Of a stretch of 64,000 nt of DNA, positions 9,279 to 18,807 are shown in pieces. Origin of the DNA: Bacteroidales bacterium (GTDB lineage Bacteria; Bacteroidota; Bacteroidia; Bacteroidales; GCA-2748055); assembly GCA_016936975.1 (NCBI GenBank), contig JAFGWU010000014.1, positions 23,529-87,528 on the forward strand. Direction: 5' to 3'. The notes beneath the pieces are model-generated. The model was not told where the DNA came from and did no database searches. It was given only the letters and a program-made list of their open reading frames with translations. The position numbers and the translations under genes are program-made. How positions within the stretch are numbered: position 1 is the stretch's first letter; each line of letters begins with the position of its first letter.

Positions 9279-12200
9279 TTATTGGTTCTTGAAGGAGATC
9301 AGCTTTACAGGACCCAGCAATCCGGATGGTTCGGCCCGGTAAACGCCCATAAAACTCCCGATAAATGTGTCCAGCATACGCTCATTTTCCGGCAGGATTG
9401 CATCCCCGGCCAGACGGTTGGTCCACTGGTTCGTTACGGTAATTTCGAGCGTATTGGTTCCTTTTTTTACAAATGAGGTAATATCCGTGCGGTATGGTTC
9501 TTTCCAGAGAAGGGGCAGGGCTTTTCCATTCAGTTTTATTTCTGCCATATCCCTCACCTCCCCGAGATCAATTGTGATGTTCTTCCCCTCCTTTAGCCTT
9601 TTTGCAGAAACCCTGAAAGTTTTACTGTAGGTTGCTGAACCGGAGAAGTACTTCATGAACGGGTCACTCAGTTCGGCCCACGATACCAGCCTGTCGAGGG
9701 TTAAGGGTCCGGGATTGCCCGGACCGGGCAGGAAGGTCAGCTCCCATGGTCCTTCTATTTCTGTGAGGATATGTTCCTCAGGAACCGAAAGAAACCTTTC
9801 GTCCGGAGAAGCGGAATTGCTGAACACCACGAAAACAGATCCGTATTCCGGGAAATGGAGCGGCACAGTGGTTGATCCGTTTTCATTTCTGAACGAAACA
9901 GGTTCCATGGTCCCTTCCCCGGGGTGCCAGCACTCGGCCTGTTTATGGTTTACCCTGAACCGGAACGTAACATTTTGTTCCGTGTCCGAACGGTTTGAAA
10001 TAAAATAGATATCCGTATCGTCCATCTTTCGGTGTATCCACGAAAATTCAGCGTTCAGTTTCCTGTCGTAATTCACATCCTCCTGAACGCCGATTCGTTC
10101 CAGGAGTGCGGGAAGCGGTTCTCCCCATGCGACCAATCCTTTCCCGGCATATCTAACCGTTCTTCCGTTCCCGTCCAGGTCCCCCCATAGCGCTTCCGAC
10201 AGTTCATGGATTTCCTGTTCGCTTTCCGGATAACCTGCCAGACCCGGGGAAGCTGTAACCTTCGGACCCAGGATGACGGCGCCCCCAATCACCAGCTCCC
10301 TGATTTTTCTTAGCAGGGGAAGGGTCATTCGTGGCGATCCCGGCAGGACCAGGATCCGGTAAGATGCTCCTCCGGGCAAAACGAGCTGTCCCCTCTCGTT
10401 TACATCCATCAGGTTGATCAGGGCATCCGCATTGATATAATCGTAATCGTACCCTTCTGGAACAGGAGGGCGAAGTCCGCCGCCCCAAAAGGGCATGGTC
10501 GACGGTGCCCCTTCGTCGAGCAGGTAAACCAGGTCGGCAACAGAATGCCCCTGCTGAAGCATAAATGAGGTGCGCGCAATGTAATCCATAAACGGCTTTG
10601 CCTGTTCCGCCCAGGTAATGTTCCGGTGCAGGTGTGTTCCCACCATGGTATTGCCGGGCCTGGTGTCGAGGGGCTGGTGGGCGGAAGTATGAAACACAAA
10701 CCGGTTAATGCCCTGCGTGAACCAGTAATCGCCAATTTGTTTCAACCTGAATGGAGACTCATATCCGCCTCCCGTGAAGGCTTCTGCCGCGGCAATTTTT
10801 TTGCCATAAACATGAGCAGCCGATGCAGCGCCACGGACATCCACCCGGTACATGATACCCGGATGCAGGTCCCAAACCCAGAACTCCCCCATGGGGACAT
10901 CAACCTGCTTTTTATTCAGCAGTGCATCTTCCATCACTTCCAGTGATACGCCCGATGCTTCACCGTAAGTTCTCAAGCCTTTTTCATGGGCGATACCGGT
11001 GATCGTTCCGTAATGATTTTCAGCAAACATATCGGCAAGCGTCCGGCGGAAATCCCACAGGAACCGGTCGCTCATCTCTGCGCTTTCCACAACGTAACCT
11101 GAAAGGGCCGGCAGCCAGGGCAGGGGATCGTACCCGCGGCGGGTGGCAAATTCTTCAGCCATATCATCGGTCCAGTTCTGCATCCCGGCCTCCCAGCTGT
11201 CGAGGAGCAGATGTTGCAGAGGTGTATCCTGCAAGGAACCCTCAGATTGCTCCAGCGCTTTCAGGTATGCTTCAATATAGGCCGCTGTATGTTCTTCATT
11301 CAGTTTGTCCACCTCATAACCGGTCCCGGCAGGAACGGCCGGCCGGTTTTTTGCACCGGTCAGGGAATAGCCGAACCGCATGATGGTCCATGACCCTTCA
11401 GGAACATCCCAGCTGAGGACCCCGTTTTCATCCATTCGGCCGGTCAGGTCCGTCACCTGTTGTGCACTGATTACCGATGTTCCGGGTGCTTCGGGGGTGG
11501 GGGAGGAACCATATTCAAACAGTATGCTGAATCCGGCCTTATCTTCCCACCGGTGAACCCGGCTTCCCTGATGAAGGATGCATTCGGTAAGGGTGACGGC
11601 ATCGGGATATTTAAGGAGTGTTTGGCTCATTACTCCTGCCGGCGATGGGGCGGCCCTGGTTATTTCCAGCCTGAAACAACGGGCTGTGGTCCCGGGAAAA
11701 GTATAGGTTCTGACCTTCCCGGACCTGTAGTTCTGGGTTCCGGGTAACGACACGATGGTCCGGAACGCCTGTCCGTCATCTCCGGCCAGCAGCCTTCCTT
11801 CGGGGATCCCTTCCCGGGAGGCAATTGAGAATGATCGTACCGTAACGGGCATCTCATAAGTGAACTGGATCCAGAGCGGACCGCTGTCGGCCGGCGGGGA
11901 GATTTTCAGTGCGGTATTCAGGTTATCGTCCAACAGGGGGTTGCCATCCAAATTGCCGGAATGGGTGGTTACAACGGGCTGATGTTTACTGTATACCTGT
12001 TCGTCCGGCGGTATGGGGAAGGCAATTATCCTCTGGTCCCTGTAGTATATGGGATTTGCGATCGTATCCGGTCTGCTGCTGCGCTGCATATCCCTGATGG
12101 GTCCATTATTTGCAGGTGGTTTGGGAAGGCTTCCGTTGAACAGGGAGGGACCATCCACGGTTGTTTTACTCCAGACCAGCTTTTTCATGGCCTGTTCGGG

Positions 12201-12611
12201 CTTCACCCACGGACCGCCCGTCAGGCTCCAGCCCGGTGAGCTGAAGATGCCCATCTCCAGCCCCAGCCTTTTTGCCTCCTGTGCCGCATGACCGATGGCA
12301 TTTAGCCATTCGGGGTAGCCGAAGAAAACCGGATCCTCCACCTTCTGACCCATCCCGAACGCCACATCGGCAAGCTGGAACCCGGCAATGCCCGACCGTT
12401 TCATCCATTCCAGGTCCTTTGTGATACCCTCCTTCGTGACGTTTCCCATCGTCCAGTGCCACCAGGTCAGCGGTCTGGAAGAATCAGGGGGATTGCTGAA
12501 CCCATTCCGGAGCAGGGTGAGGGTTTCCTGCGTAAATGTATTAAGGCTTATCAGGATGAAAAGGCCTGAGAACAGGATCTTTGAGAGGAATGGTTTAAAC
12601 GGTCTTTTCAT
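9279..12611 (-). CDS. GH106 alpha-L-rhamnosidase-family glycoside hydrolase
   Basis: RPLTWWHW, SPGWSLTGGPWV, LLDSWEAG, VPMGEFW, ASAAHVYGK, AEAFT, GINRFVFH, C-terminal SGLLGPV. Start set at MKRPF, which begins a signal peptide. Confidence 0.9.
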   Translation of the reverse strand: MKRPFKPFLSKILFSGLFILISLNTFTQETLTLLRNGFSNPPDSSRPLTWWHWTMGNVTKEGITKDLEWMKRSGIAGFQLADVAFGMGQKVEDPVFFGYPEWLNAIGHAAQEAKRLGLEMGIFSSPGWSLTGGPWVKPEQAMKKLVWSKTTVDGPSLFNGSLPKPPANNGPIRDMQRSSRPDTIANPIYYRDQRIIAFPIPPDEQVYSKHQPVVTTHSGNLDGNPLLDDNLNTALKISPPADSGPLWIQFTYEMPVTVRSFSIASREGIPEGRLLAGDDGQAFRTIVSLPGTQNYRSGKVRTYTFPGTTARCFRLEITRAAPSPAGVMSQTLLKYPDAVTLTECILHQGSRVHRWEDKAGFSILFEYGSSPTPEAPGTSVISAQQVTDLTGRMDENGVLSWDVPEGSWTIMRFGYSLTGAKNRPAVPAGTGYEVDKLNEEHTAAYIEAYLKALEQSEGSLQDTPLQHLLLDSWEAGMQNWTDDMAEEFATRRGYDPLPWLPALSGYVVESAEMSDRFLWDFRRTLADMFAENHYGTITGIAHEKGLRTYGEASGVSLEVMEDALLNKKQVDVPMGEFWVWDLHPGIMYRVDVRGAASAAHVYGKKIAAAEAFTGGGYESPFRLKQIGDYWFTQGINRFVFHTSAHQPLDTRPGNTMVGTHLHRNITWAEQAKPFMDYIARTSFMLQQGHSVADLVYLLDEGAPSTMPFWGGGLRPPVPEGYDYDYINADALINLMDVNERGQLVLPGGASYRILVLPGSPRMTLPLLRKIRELVIGGAVILGPKVTASPGLAGYPESEQEIHELSEALWGDLDGNGRTVRYAGKGLVAWGEPLPALLERIGVQEDVNYDRKLNAEFSWIHRKMDDTDIYFISNRSDTEQNVTFRFRVNHKQAECWHPGEGTMEPVSFRNENGSTTVPLHFPEYGSVFVVFSNSASPDERFLSVPEEHILTEIEGPWELTFLPGPGNPGPLTLDRLVSWAELSDPFMKYFSGSATYSKTFRVSAKRLKEGKNITIDLGEVRDMAEIKLNGKALPLLWKEPYRTDITSFVKKGTNTLEITVTNQWTNRLAGDAILPENERMLDTFIGSFMGVYRAEPSGLLGPVKLISFKNQ

Positions 12612-12663
12612 ATGCACAGCCTGACAGGTCTTTGAACAGGAGGTCATCCGGTTAAGGTTTCAG

Positions 12664-14025
12664 TTATTCATAAACTCTTTTAAGCCATTCCTCCGGCACC
12701 GGGATGATGCAGATATTCATGGATTCGTCATCCCTGGAAAGCATGGCCGACTGGATCTGTATTTTTGTGCCGTCGGGACTGAAGGTCGGGTGGGGATGAT
12801 CATCGGCTGTTCGTTTATGACCGGCCGACAACAGCATCATTTCGTGATTATGGCGGTCGATGAGGTGGATCTCCCTGGCAAAGTTATCCCCGGCCAGGAA
12901 CCGTCCGTCGGCTGATCCGGTGACATGCCAGAAACCGCTTCCGTAAGGTATCTGACCTTCAAGCATCATTCTGCGCGTGCTGATACGCACCACCCCGAGC
13001 CCTGTTGGTTTCTCCCTGGTCCCCGAAGGGCCCCATTCAGGTTCCTGGCCGGGATTGGTCCGACGGTTGCCCGTACGGATCGTATCATTTCCTTCCTCAC
13101 GGTCGCGAATGGGGCGGTGTCCCATAATGGCGAATGCCACCTCATCCGGACTGATGACCGCTTCGTGGGTCACCCACTCATAGGGTGATTCCGGGTAGAG
13201 CGGCCGGAGGCCGGTTCCGTCTGAACTGACGATCCAGGTGCGCTGGGGAGCCTTGCCCCCTGTTTCCCAGCAAAAGACAATCTGTCCGGGAACCCATGGA
13301 TTGGATTGAATGTGGCCGACCTGGAACGGAACCGACACCACATGTTTTATCTCCCCGGTCTGCAGGTTCATGCCGGCAAGGCCGCCCGGACCGGCGCCCA
13401 TGTTCCGTGGACCGAAGGAAGGTTCAATCTTTGTGCCTTCAGGGAGATGTTTTTCCGCTTCCTCTTTCCCTACTCGGAACCAGATCCACTCTTCTCTGCC
13501 GTCGAGGGCCATGTCCCCCCCGGCTCCCATGCCGGGCAGTATGGTACCGCAAACCCTGAGGTACGCAGGTTCATCCTTCACAGTGCCGGCTTCACTGTCG
13601 GAAAACAGTGCTTCCAGGTCCACCTCGACAATTTCAGGTGCATTTCTTAAGGGATCCCTTGAAAAGCCTCTCATGTAATAGAGCTTCATCGATTTCCGGG
13701 CAACAATCAGCATCCCCCTCAAACCCTGTTCGGTGACCTGCACCATGTCACCCGTTTGCTCGTTGACCGCCATGCCTGCCCCTCCGATGCGGCCCGACCG
13801 GAAGATCAGCCAGTTGCCGTCGGAGGTCCACTGATTGTGGGTGGGATAGATTTTCCGGTCCCCTTCAGGGGTACTGGTAAGAAATATCAGTTCGGTGCCG
13901 GTTACCGGATCCCTGATGACCTTTCGTTCGGAAGGAAAACGGGTGCCAATCTGCGACAGGAGGGGAGTGTAAGATACAATACACAGGATCAGAAAAACCC
14001 ATAACAATTTTTTTTCTGTTTTCAT
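12664..14025 (-). CDS. Oligogalacturonate-lyase-like (PL22-like) beta-propeller protein
   Basis: DPVTG...LT, YPTHNQWTSDG, GHIQSNP, VTHE, WH, HPHPTFSPDG; signal peptide. Confidence 0.75.
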   Translation of the reverse strand: MKTEKKLLWVFLILCIVSYTPLLSQIGTRFPSERKVIRDPVTGTELIFLTSTPEGDRKIYPTHNQWTSDGNWLIFRSGRIGGAGMAVNEQTGDMVQVTEQGLRGMLIVARKSMKLYYMRGFSRDPLRNAPEIVEVDLEALFSDSEAGTVKDEPAYLRVCGTILPGMGAGGDMALDGREEWIWFRVGKEEAEKHLPEGTKIEPSFGPRNMGAGPGGLAGMNLQTGEIKHVVSVPFQVGHIQSNPWVPGQIVFCWETGGKAPQRTWIVSSDGTGLRPLYPESPYEWVTHEAVISPDEVAFAIMGHRPIRDREEGNDTIRTGNRRTNPGQEPEWGPSGTREKPTGLGVVRISTRRMMLEGQIPYGSGFWHVTGSADGRFLAGDNFAREIHLIDRHNHEMMLLSAGHKRTADDHPHPTFSPDGTKIQIQSAMLSRDDESMNICIIPVPEEWLKRVYE

Positions 14026-14057
14026 AGTTCTTTCAATTTTCTGAAGTTGTCCGGCAT

Positions 14058-15449
14058 TTAATCTTCGATATTGAATATCGCTCCTTCAGCTTTAATCTTC
14101 CTGTCGTAGAATTGAATGGAGCTGTCGTTGCTGTTCGGGTTCGTTTGTTTCAGCAGGGCGATCATTTCAGCACCTGCCAGGATGGTTGGTCCGTAACCAT
14201 GGGCCGCAAACCTGCTTACCGGGCGGTAGTAATAGAATGCGGGGTCGAACCCCATCCCGGTACCCACACAGGTCCCTTCCACCTGCCCCTGCTCATTGAC
14301 CTTTGAGGCCACCGCGTTCCATGCCAGGCACACCATGGGGCCGTACACTTTGGCGTCTACATAACCCCGGTTGACGGCCCGTGCAATGGAGTAGGTAAAA
14401 ATGGCTGTTGCAGAGGTCTCCAGGTATGAATCGTTACGATCGATCAGCTGGTGCCAGAAGCCGAAGGGGGACTGATACCCGGCCAGCCCGCGGATATGCT
14501 GTTGAAGCAGATGGAGTACATCCCCGCGTTGGGGATGGTCGGCAGGCAGGACCTCCAGCAATTCCACGATGGCCATGATCGCCCAGCCGTTTGCCCTTGC
14601 CCAGTGATACGCGGGATGCTCCTCCATGCCCATGACCCAGCCGTGAATAAAAAGGCCCTTCTCCTCAATGAACATCCGTTCGGAAAACTGCAGGACCTGT
14701 TTTACAGCATCATCAAAATATTTATACTCACCGGTATACTTGCCCATTTGTGCCAGGGCCGGGACGCTCATGAACAGGTCGTCGAGCCAGAGCGTATTGG
14801 GATGCGGCCGGTTACGCGCCAGGGTGCCGTCTTCCAACCGGAACTGGTTTTGACTGATGTGGTTTATAGTGGTGTCGATCATCGGGTCCAGGTCCAGTCC
14901 GGATCCTGTACGTTTGGTTTTGATCATCGCCGCGCACATCGAGCCGGCATCATCCAGGGTGTGAGGATGAAGAACGGAGGTGAGGGGGTGACGGATGTCC
15001 GGGTGCCGGGTTTCATATTCCATAAAATAGGGGCGGGCACCGGCCAGGAACTTCATCCGTTCGAAGGTGTAACCGGCATATTTTGTGTCTCCGGTAACCT
15101 GTGAGGCAAGCAGCATACCGGCATAGGTGACGCCCCACTCATAGCTTATCAAACGAAAATCACTCTCTGCGAATCGAAGGCGTTTTGCGGATTGTATATC
15201 CTTCAGATCCGTCAGTTCCTTGCCGGTCTCATCCACCATTTGAGAGGGTGTTGTTGCTTCTAGGTAATTGGTTATCCGGTCGAGGACGGCAACTATATCC
15301 GATTCAGAGGGTACCCCGTATTGGGTGACATAGTCGGGCCGAAGGAGGTGCAGGGGGGTGTTGGAATCGGTCCGGTCCTGGGCCTGCAGTCCGGCCATGA
15401 AACAGAGGAACAGTAAACTCTTTAGAAACAATATGGTTGCAATTTTCAT
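14058..15449 (-). CDS. GH105 (GH88/105) unsaturated rhamnogalacturonyl/glucuronyl hydrolase
   Basis: SYEWGV, LWLDDLFMSVP, HWARANGW, GFWHQL, YLETSATAIF, GTCVGT, HGYG. Start set at MKIAT. Confidence 0.9.
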   Translation of the reverse strand: MKIATILFLKSLLFLCFMAGLQAQDRTDSNTPLHLLRPDYVTQYGVPSESDIVAVLDRITNYLEATTPSQMVDETGKELTDLKDIQSAKRLRFAESDFRLISYEWGVTYAGMLLASQVTGDTKYAGYTFERMKFLAGARPYFMEYETRHPDIRHPLTSVLHPHTLDDAGSMCAAMIKTKRTGSGLDLDPMIDTTINHISQNQFRLEDGTLARNRPHPNTLWLDDLFMSVPALAQMGKYTGEYKYFDDAVKQVLQFSERMFIEEKGLFIHGWVMGMEEHPAYHWARANGWAIMAIVELLEVLPADHPQRGDVLHLLQQHIRGLAGYQSPFGFWHQLIDRNDSYLETSATAIFTYSIARAVNRGYVDAKVYGPMVCLAWNAVASKVNEQGQVEGTCVGTGMGFDPAFYYYRPVSRFAAHGYGPTILAGAEMIALLKQTNPNSNDSSIQFYDRKIKAEGAIFNIED

Positions 15450-15695
15450 AACCTTCAGTTTTTGGTTTGGAGGAGATATTAAAGGTACGATAAATATAAT
15501 AAATTGGAGGAGAAGACACACTCCACAGGCTACAGGCTTCATCTGACCGGATTTGTTTTTTGTTGTTTATTTTTTTATTTATTTCACCTTTCTGTATATT
15601 TAAGGTTTCCGGATTGCTTCACAGCTATCAATAACTAAAGGGTAGTACTATTTCATCATACATTACTATGTAATACTAACTATAAAATAATCAAG

Positions 15696-18600
15696 ATGAA
15701 ACAATTATTTGTATCCCTGTTCTGCCTGCTCTGTGCGGGCGGAATTTTTGCACAGGCACGACTGAGCGGCACCGTGACCGATGAGATGGCGGTTCCGGTT
15801 CCGGGAGCTTCAGTCTTCGTGAAAGGAACTTCCGTCGGAACCATTACCGATCAGGATGGACACTTCATGATTGAGGCACCTGCTTCATCCGGAACACTGG
15901 TATTTTCCTTCGTGGGAATGCAGACCCGGGAGATGGAGTTCAGCGGAGATGCTGTGTTCGATGTGGTGATGGAGAGTGAAGCCATCGGGCTCGAGGAGGT
16001 TGTGGCCATTGGTTATGGTACGGTCAGAAAGCGTGATCTGACCGGAGCGGTCTCCTCGGTTAAAAGCGAGGATATCCAGATGGCCCCGGTGGTCAATCCC
16101 GTTGAGGCCATCCAGGGACGGGTGGCAGGACTGGACATTACACGTAACGACGGACGGGCCAATTCCGGTATGAACATCCTGCTCCGGGGCAACCGTTCCC
16201 TGACGGCCAGCAGTGAACCGATTTACATCATCGACGGCATCCAGGGAAGCATCAACAACCTGAACCCTGCCGATATTGTCTCTATTGATGTACTCAAGGA
16301 TGCCTCCTCGACCGCAATTTATGGTTCTGCCGGGGCAAACGGTGTTTTCATCGTTACCACCCGGAAAGCCGAGAAAGGTCAGATGCAGGTCGATTTCGAT
16401 TCCTATGTCAGCATCAACAGCTGGCCTTCGTTCCCGCGTGCCCTGCAGGAGGATGCATGGTTCAACTATCTCGAGGAGGGTTACAGGGCCACCTATGACA
16501 CCCTGCCGGGAGATCGGGATGAATTGCTTTCAGCATGGGGACTGGCCCCCGGTGTGCTGAATCCTTATATCGACAGTGCAAAATGGGTCGACTGGATCGA
16601 TGAATCCCTGAATACCGGAATCCAGAGCAACAACATGCTTTCCATCCGTGGGGGCAATGACCTGGTGCAGTCGAGCTTCTCAATGGGATACAACAGGACC
16701 GAGGGGATCTATAAAAATGATTACGTGGATGTGTTCACGCTCCGTGAGAACCTGAATGTGGATGCTGCAAAGTGGGTCAGGTTCGGTATCACCACCGGAC
16801 TGATTTTCAGGAACAGCGAGTCCCGTCCGAGCCGTATCAACAAAACATTCAGCATGGTGCCGCTGGGCGATGTGTATGATGAAGAGGGAAACATCAACCA
16901 GTATCCCATTGAAGGCATGACGGATGTGATCAGTGTCCTGGCCGACAATATCGACGGAACCTATAAAAGCAACAGCAAGTCTTTTTCCATAACGGCCAAT
17001 CCCTATGCCGAATTTACCCTGGCAAAAGGACTGACCTTTAAATCCATCCTTGGGGCCTCCCTGTCGACTTCCCGCTCGGGCGTATTTAACAGCGATCATA
17101 CATACATGATGCTTTCCGGGAGCCAGACGGCCATCCGGAACGGAAGCTACAATACCGGCCTCGGCTACAACGTAACATGGGAGAATATTGCCAATTATAA
17201 TGTCACAATTGCCGGTGATCATGAGGTGAACGCCACGTTCATTACCTCCTATGGTAACAGTCAGAACGAATCATCCGGATCCTACAGTGAAGGATTCCTG
17301 TATGACGCCTTCCTCTTCTATAATCTCGACGGCGGGATCAATCCTTCCGTCAGCACCTATTACAGTGTCAAGAAGCGGATGTCCTACGCCGGAAGGATCA
17401 ATTATAATTTCATGGGCAGGTACCTGGTTACCGGATCCCTCCGCTATGACGGGGTATCCCAGCTTTCGGAAAAATGGGATCTTTTCCCGGCCGGTGCCGT
17501 GGCATGGAGAATTTCCGATGAGAGTTTCATGGAGGGGACCAGGAGCTGGCTAAGCCACCTGAAACTGCGCGTTGGATACGGCGTGTCGGGTAACTCCAAT
17601 ATCAATCCCTATGTAACCCGTTCGGAAGTGACCAGCGGATCCGATCCCATTAACCTTGGGGGAGGGGAACTCATTACCAGCATTCCCACCCAGGCCATCG
17701 GGAACACACTGCTGGGCTGGGAAAAATCATATAACCTGAATATCGGGATGGATTTCGGACTGTTCCGCAACAGGATTGACGGTTCTGTCGAATGGTATGA
17801 TACCGATACCCGGGATGTGATTTATGCCAGGAACCTTCCTTTCTCAGGAGGCGGGTTCGGGCCCAAACAACCCTATACCATGAATGCCAATATTGCCAGG
17901 ATGCACAACAGGGGCATTGAGATCACGGCAAACAGCCGGAACGTGCAGCATAGGGACTTCAGGTGGAATTCGACGTTAACCTTTGCCAGGAACTGGGAGG
18001 AGATTACCTCTATTGACCTGGGAAGCGGGACCAGCGTGGACGATCTGATCTCCCTGGGACTGTTCCTGGGTTCGCCGAAAAATACCTTCTATGGATACAG
18101 GAAGACAGGAATATGGCAGGAGGATGAGGCTGAAGATGCTGCGGTATTCGGACTGGCACCGGGGGATGTGAAGATTGAATCGAGCCTTATAAAAAGGGCG
18201 GACGGTGTCTGGTACAAGATCGTGGAGGATGAGGAAGGCAACTCATACGAGGAAGTGTTCACAGCCGACTCAGCCTATACCATCAATGCAGAGGCAGACC
18301 GTACGATCCTTGGACAGGGAACCCCGAAATGGACGGCCGGCCTTCTGAATACCTTTTACTTCAAAAGCTTCGATCTGAATATCTTTGTCACGGCACGGTG
18401 GGGCCATATGATCAGCGGTGATTTGCTGGGGTACTTCAGCTACGGGAGCTACAATATGCCCGATATTTATGATTACTGGACGGAAGATAACCCGACCAGC
18501 GATTATCCGAGACCATACCTGAGAAGGACCACCAGGTATTCATCCCCGGTTGCCGGCCTCAGTTACGTGGATGCTTCCTATGTAAAAATCAAGAATATAT

Positions 18601-18794
18601 CCCTGGGATACACCTTCCCCTCAAATATTGTGAACCGTGTGGGGATATCGAACCTGAGGATCTACGGTACCGTTTACAACGCCTTAATACTGACCAGGAG
18701 CCATTTGCTGAAGGGAATTGATCCCGAATCGGGGGCATCCGACTCGTTCCCCCTGTATAAACAGCTGGTTTTTGGTATCAATGTGTCATTCTAA
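15696..18794 (+). CDS. susC: SusC/RagA TonB-dependent transporter
   Basis: N-terminal extension (GTITDQDG), LEEVVAIGYG, DLTGAV, plug motif VLKDASSTAIYGSAGANGV, LGWEK, terminal INVSF. Confidence 0.97.
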   Translation: MKQLFVSLFCLLCAGGIFAQARLSGTVTDEMAVPVPGASVFVKGTSVGTITDQDGHFMIEAPASSGTLVFSFVGMQTREMEFSGDAVFDVVMESEAIGLEEVVAIGYGTVRKRDLTGAVSSVKSEDIQMAPVVNPVEAIQGRVAGLDITRNDGRANSGMNILLRGNRSLTASSEPIYIIDGIQGSINNLNPADIVSIDVLKDASSTAIYGSAGANGVFIVTTRKAEKGQMQVDFDSYVSINSWPSFPRALQEDAWFNYLEEGYRATYDTLPGDRDELLSAWGLAPGVLNPYIDSAKWVDWIDESLNTGIQSNNMLSIRGGNDLVQSSFSMGYNRTEGIYKNDYVDVFTLRENLNVDAAKWVRFGITTGLIFRNSESRPSRINKTFSMVPLGDVYDEEGNINQYPIEGMTDVISVLADNIDGTYKSNSKSFSITANPYAEFTLAKGLTFKSILGASLSTSRSGVFNSDHTYMMLSGSQTAIRNGSYNTGLGYNVTWENIANYNVTIAGDHEVNATFITSYGNSQNESSGSYSEGFLYDAFLFYNLDGGINPSVSTYYSVKKRMSYAGRINYNFMGRYLVTGSLRYDGVSQLSEKWDLFPAGAVAWRISDESFMEGTRSWLSHLKLRVGYGVSGNSNINPYVTRSEVTSGSDPINLGGGELITSIPTQAIGNTLLGWEKSYNLNIGMDFGLFRNRIDGSVEWYDTDTRDVIYARNLPFSGGGFGPKQPYTMNANIARMHNRGIEITANSRNVQHRDFRWNSTLTFARNWEEITSIDLGSGTSVDDLISLGLFLGSPKNTFYGYRKTGIWQEDEAEDAAVFGLAPGDVKIESSLIKRADGVWYKIVEDEEGNSYEEVFTADSAYTINAEADRTILGQGTPKWTAGLLNTFYFKSFDLNIFVTARWGHMISGDLLGYFSYGSYNMPDIYDYWTEDNPTSDYPRPYLRRTTRYSSPVAGLSYVDASYVKIKNISLGYTFPSNIVNRVGISNLRIYGTVYNALILTRSHLLKGIDPESGASDSFPLYKQLVFGINVSF

Positions 18795-18807
18795 TAACAA
18801 TCAGGAA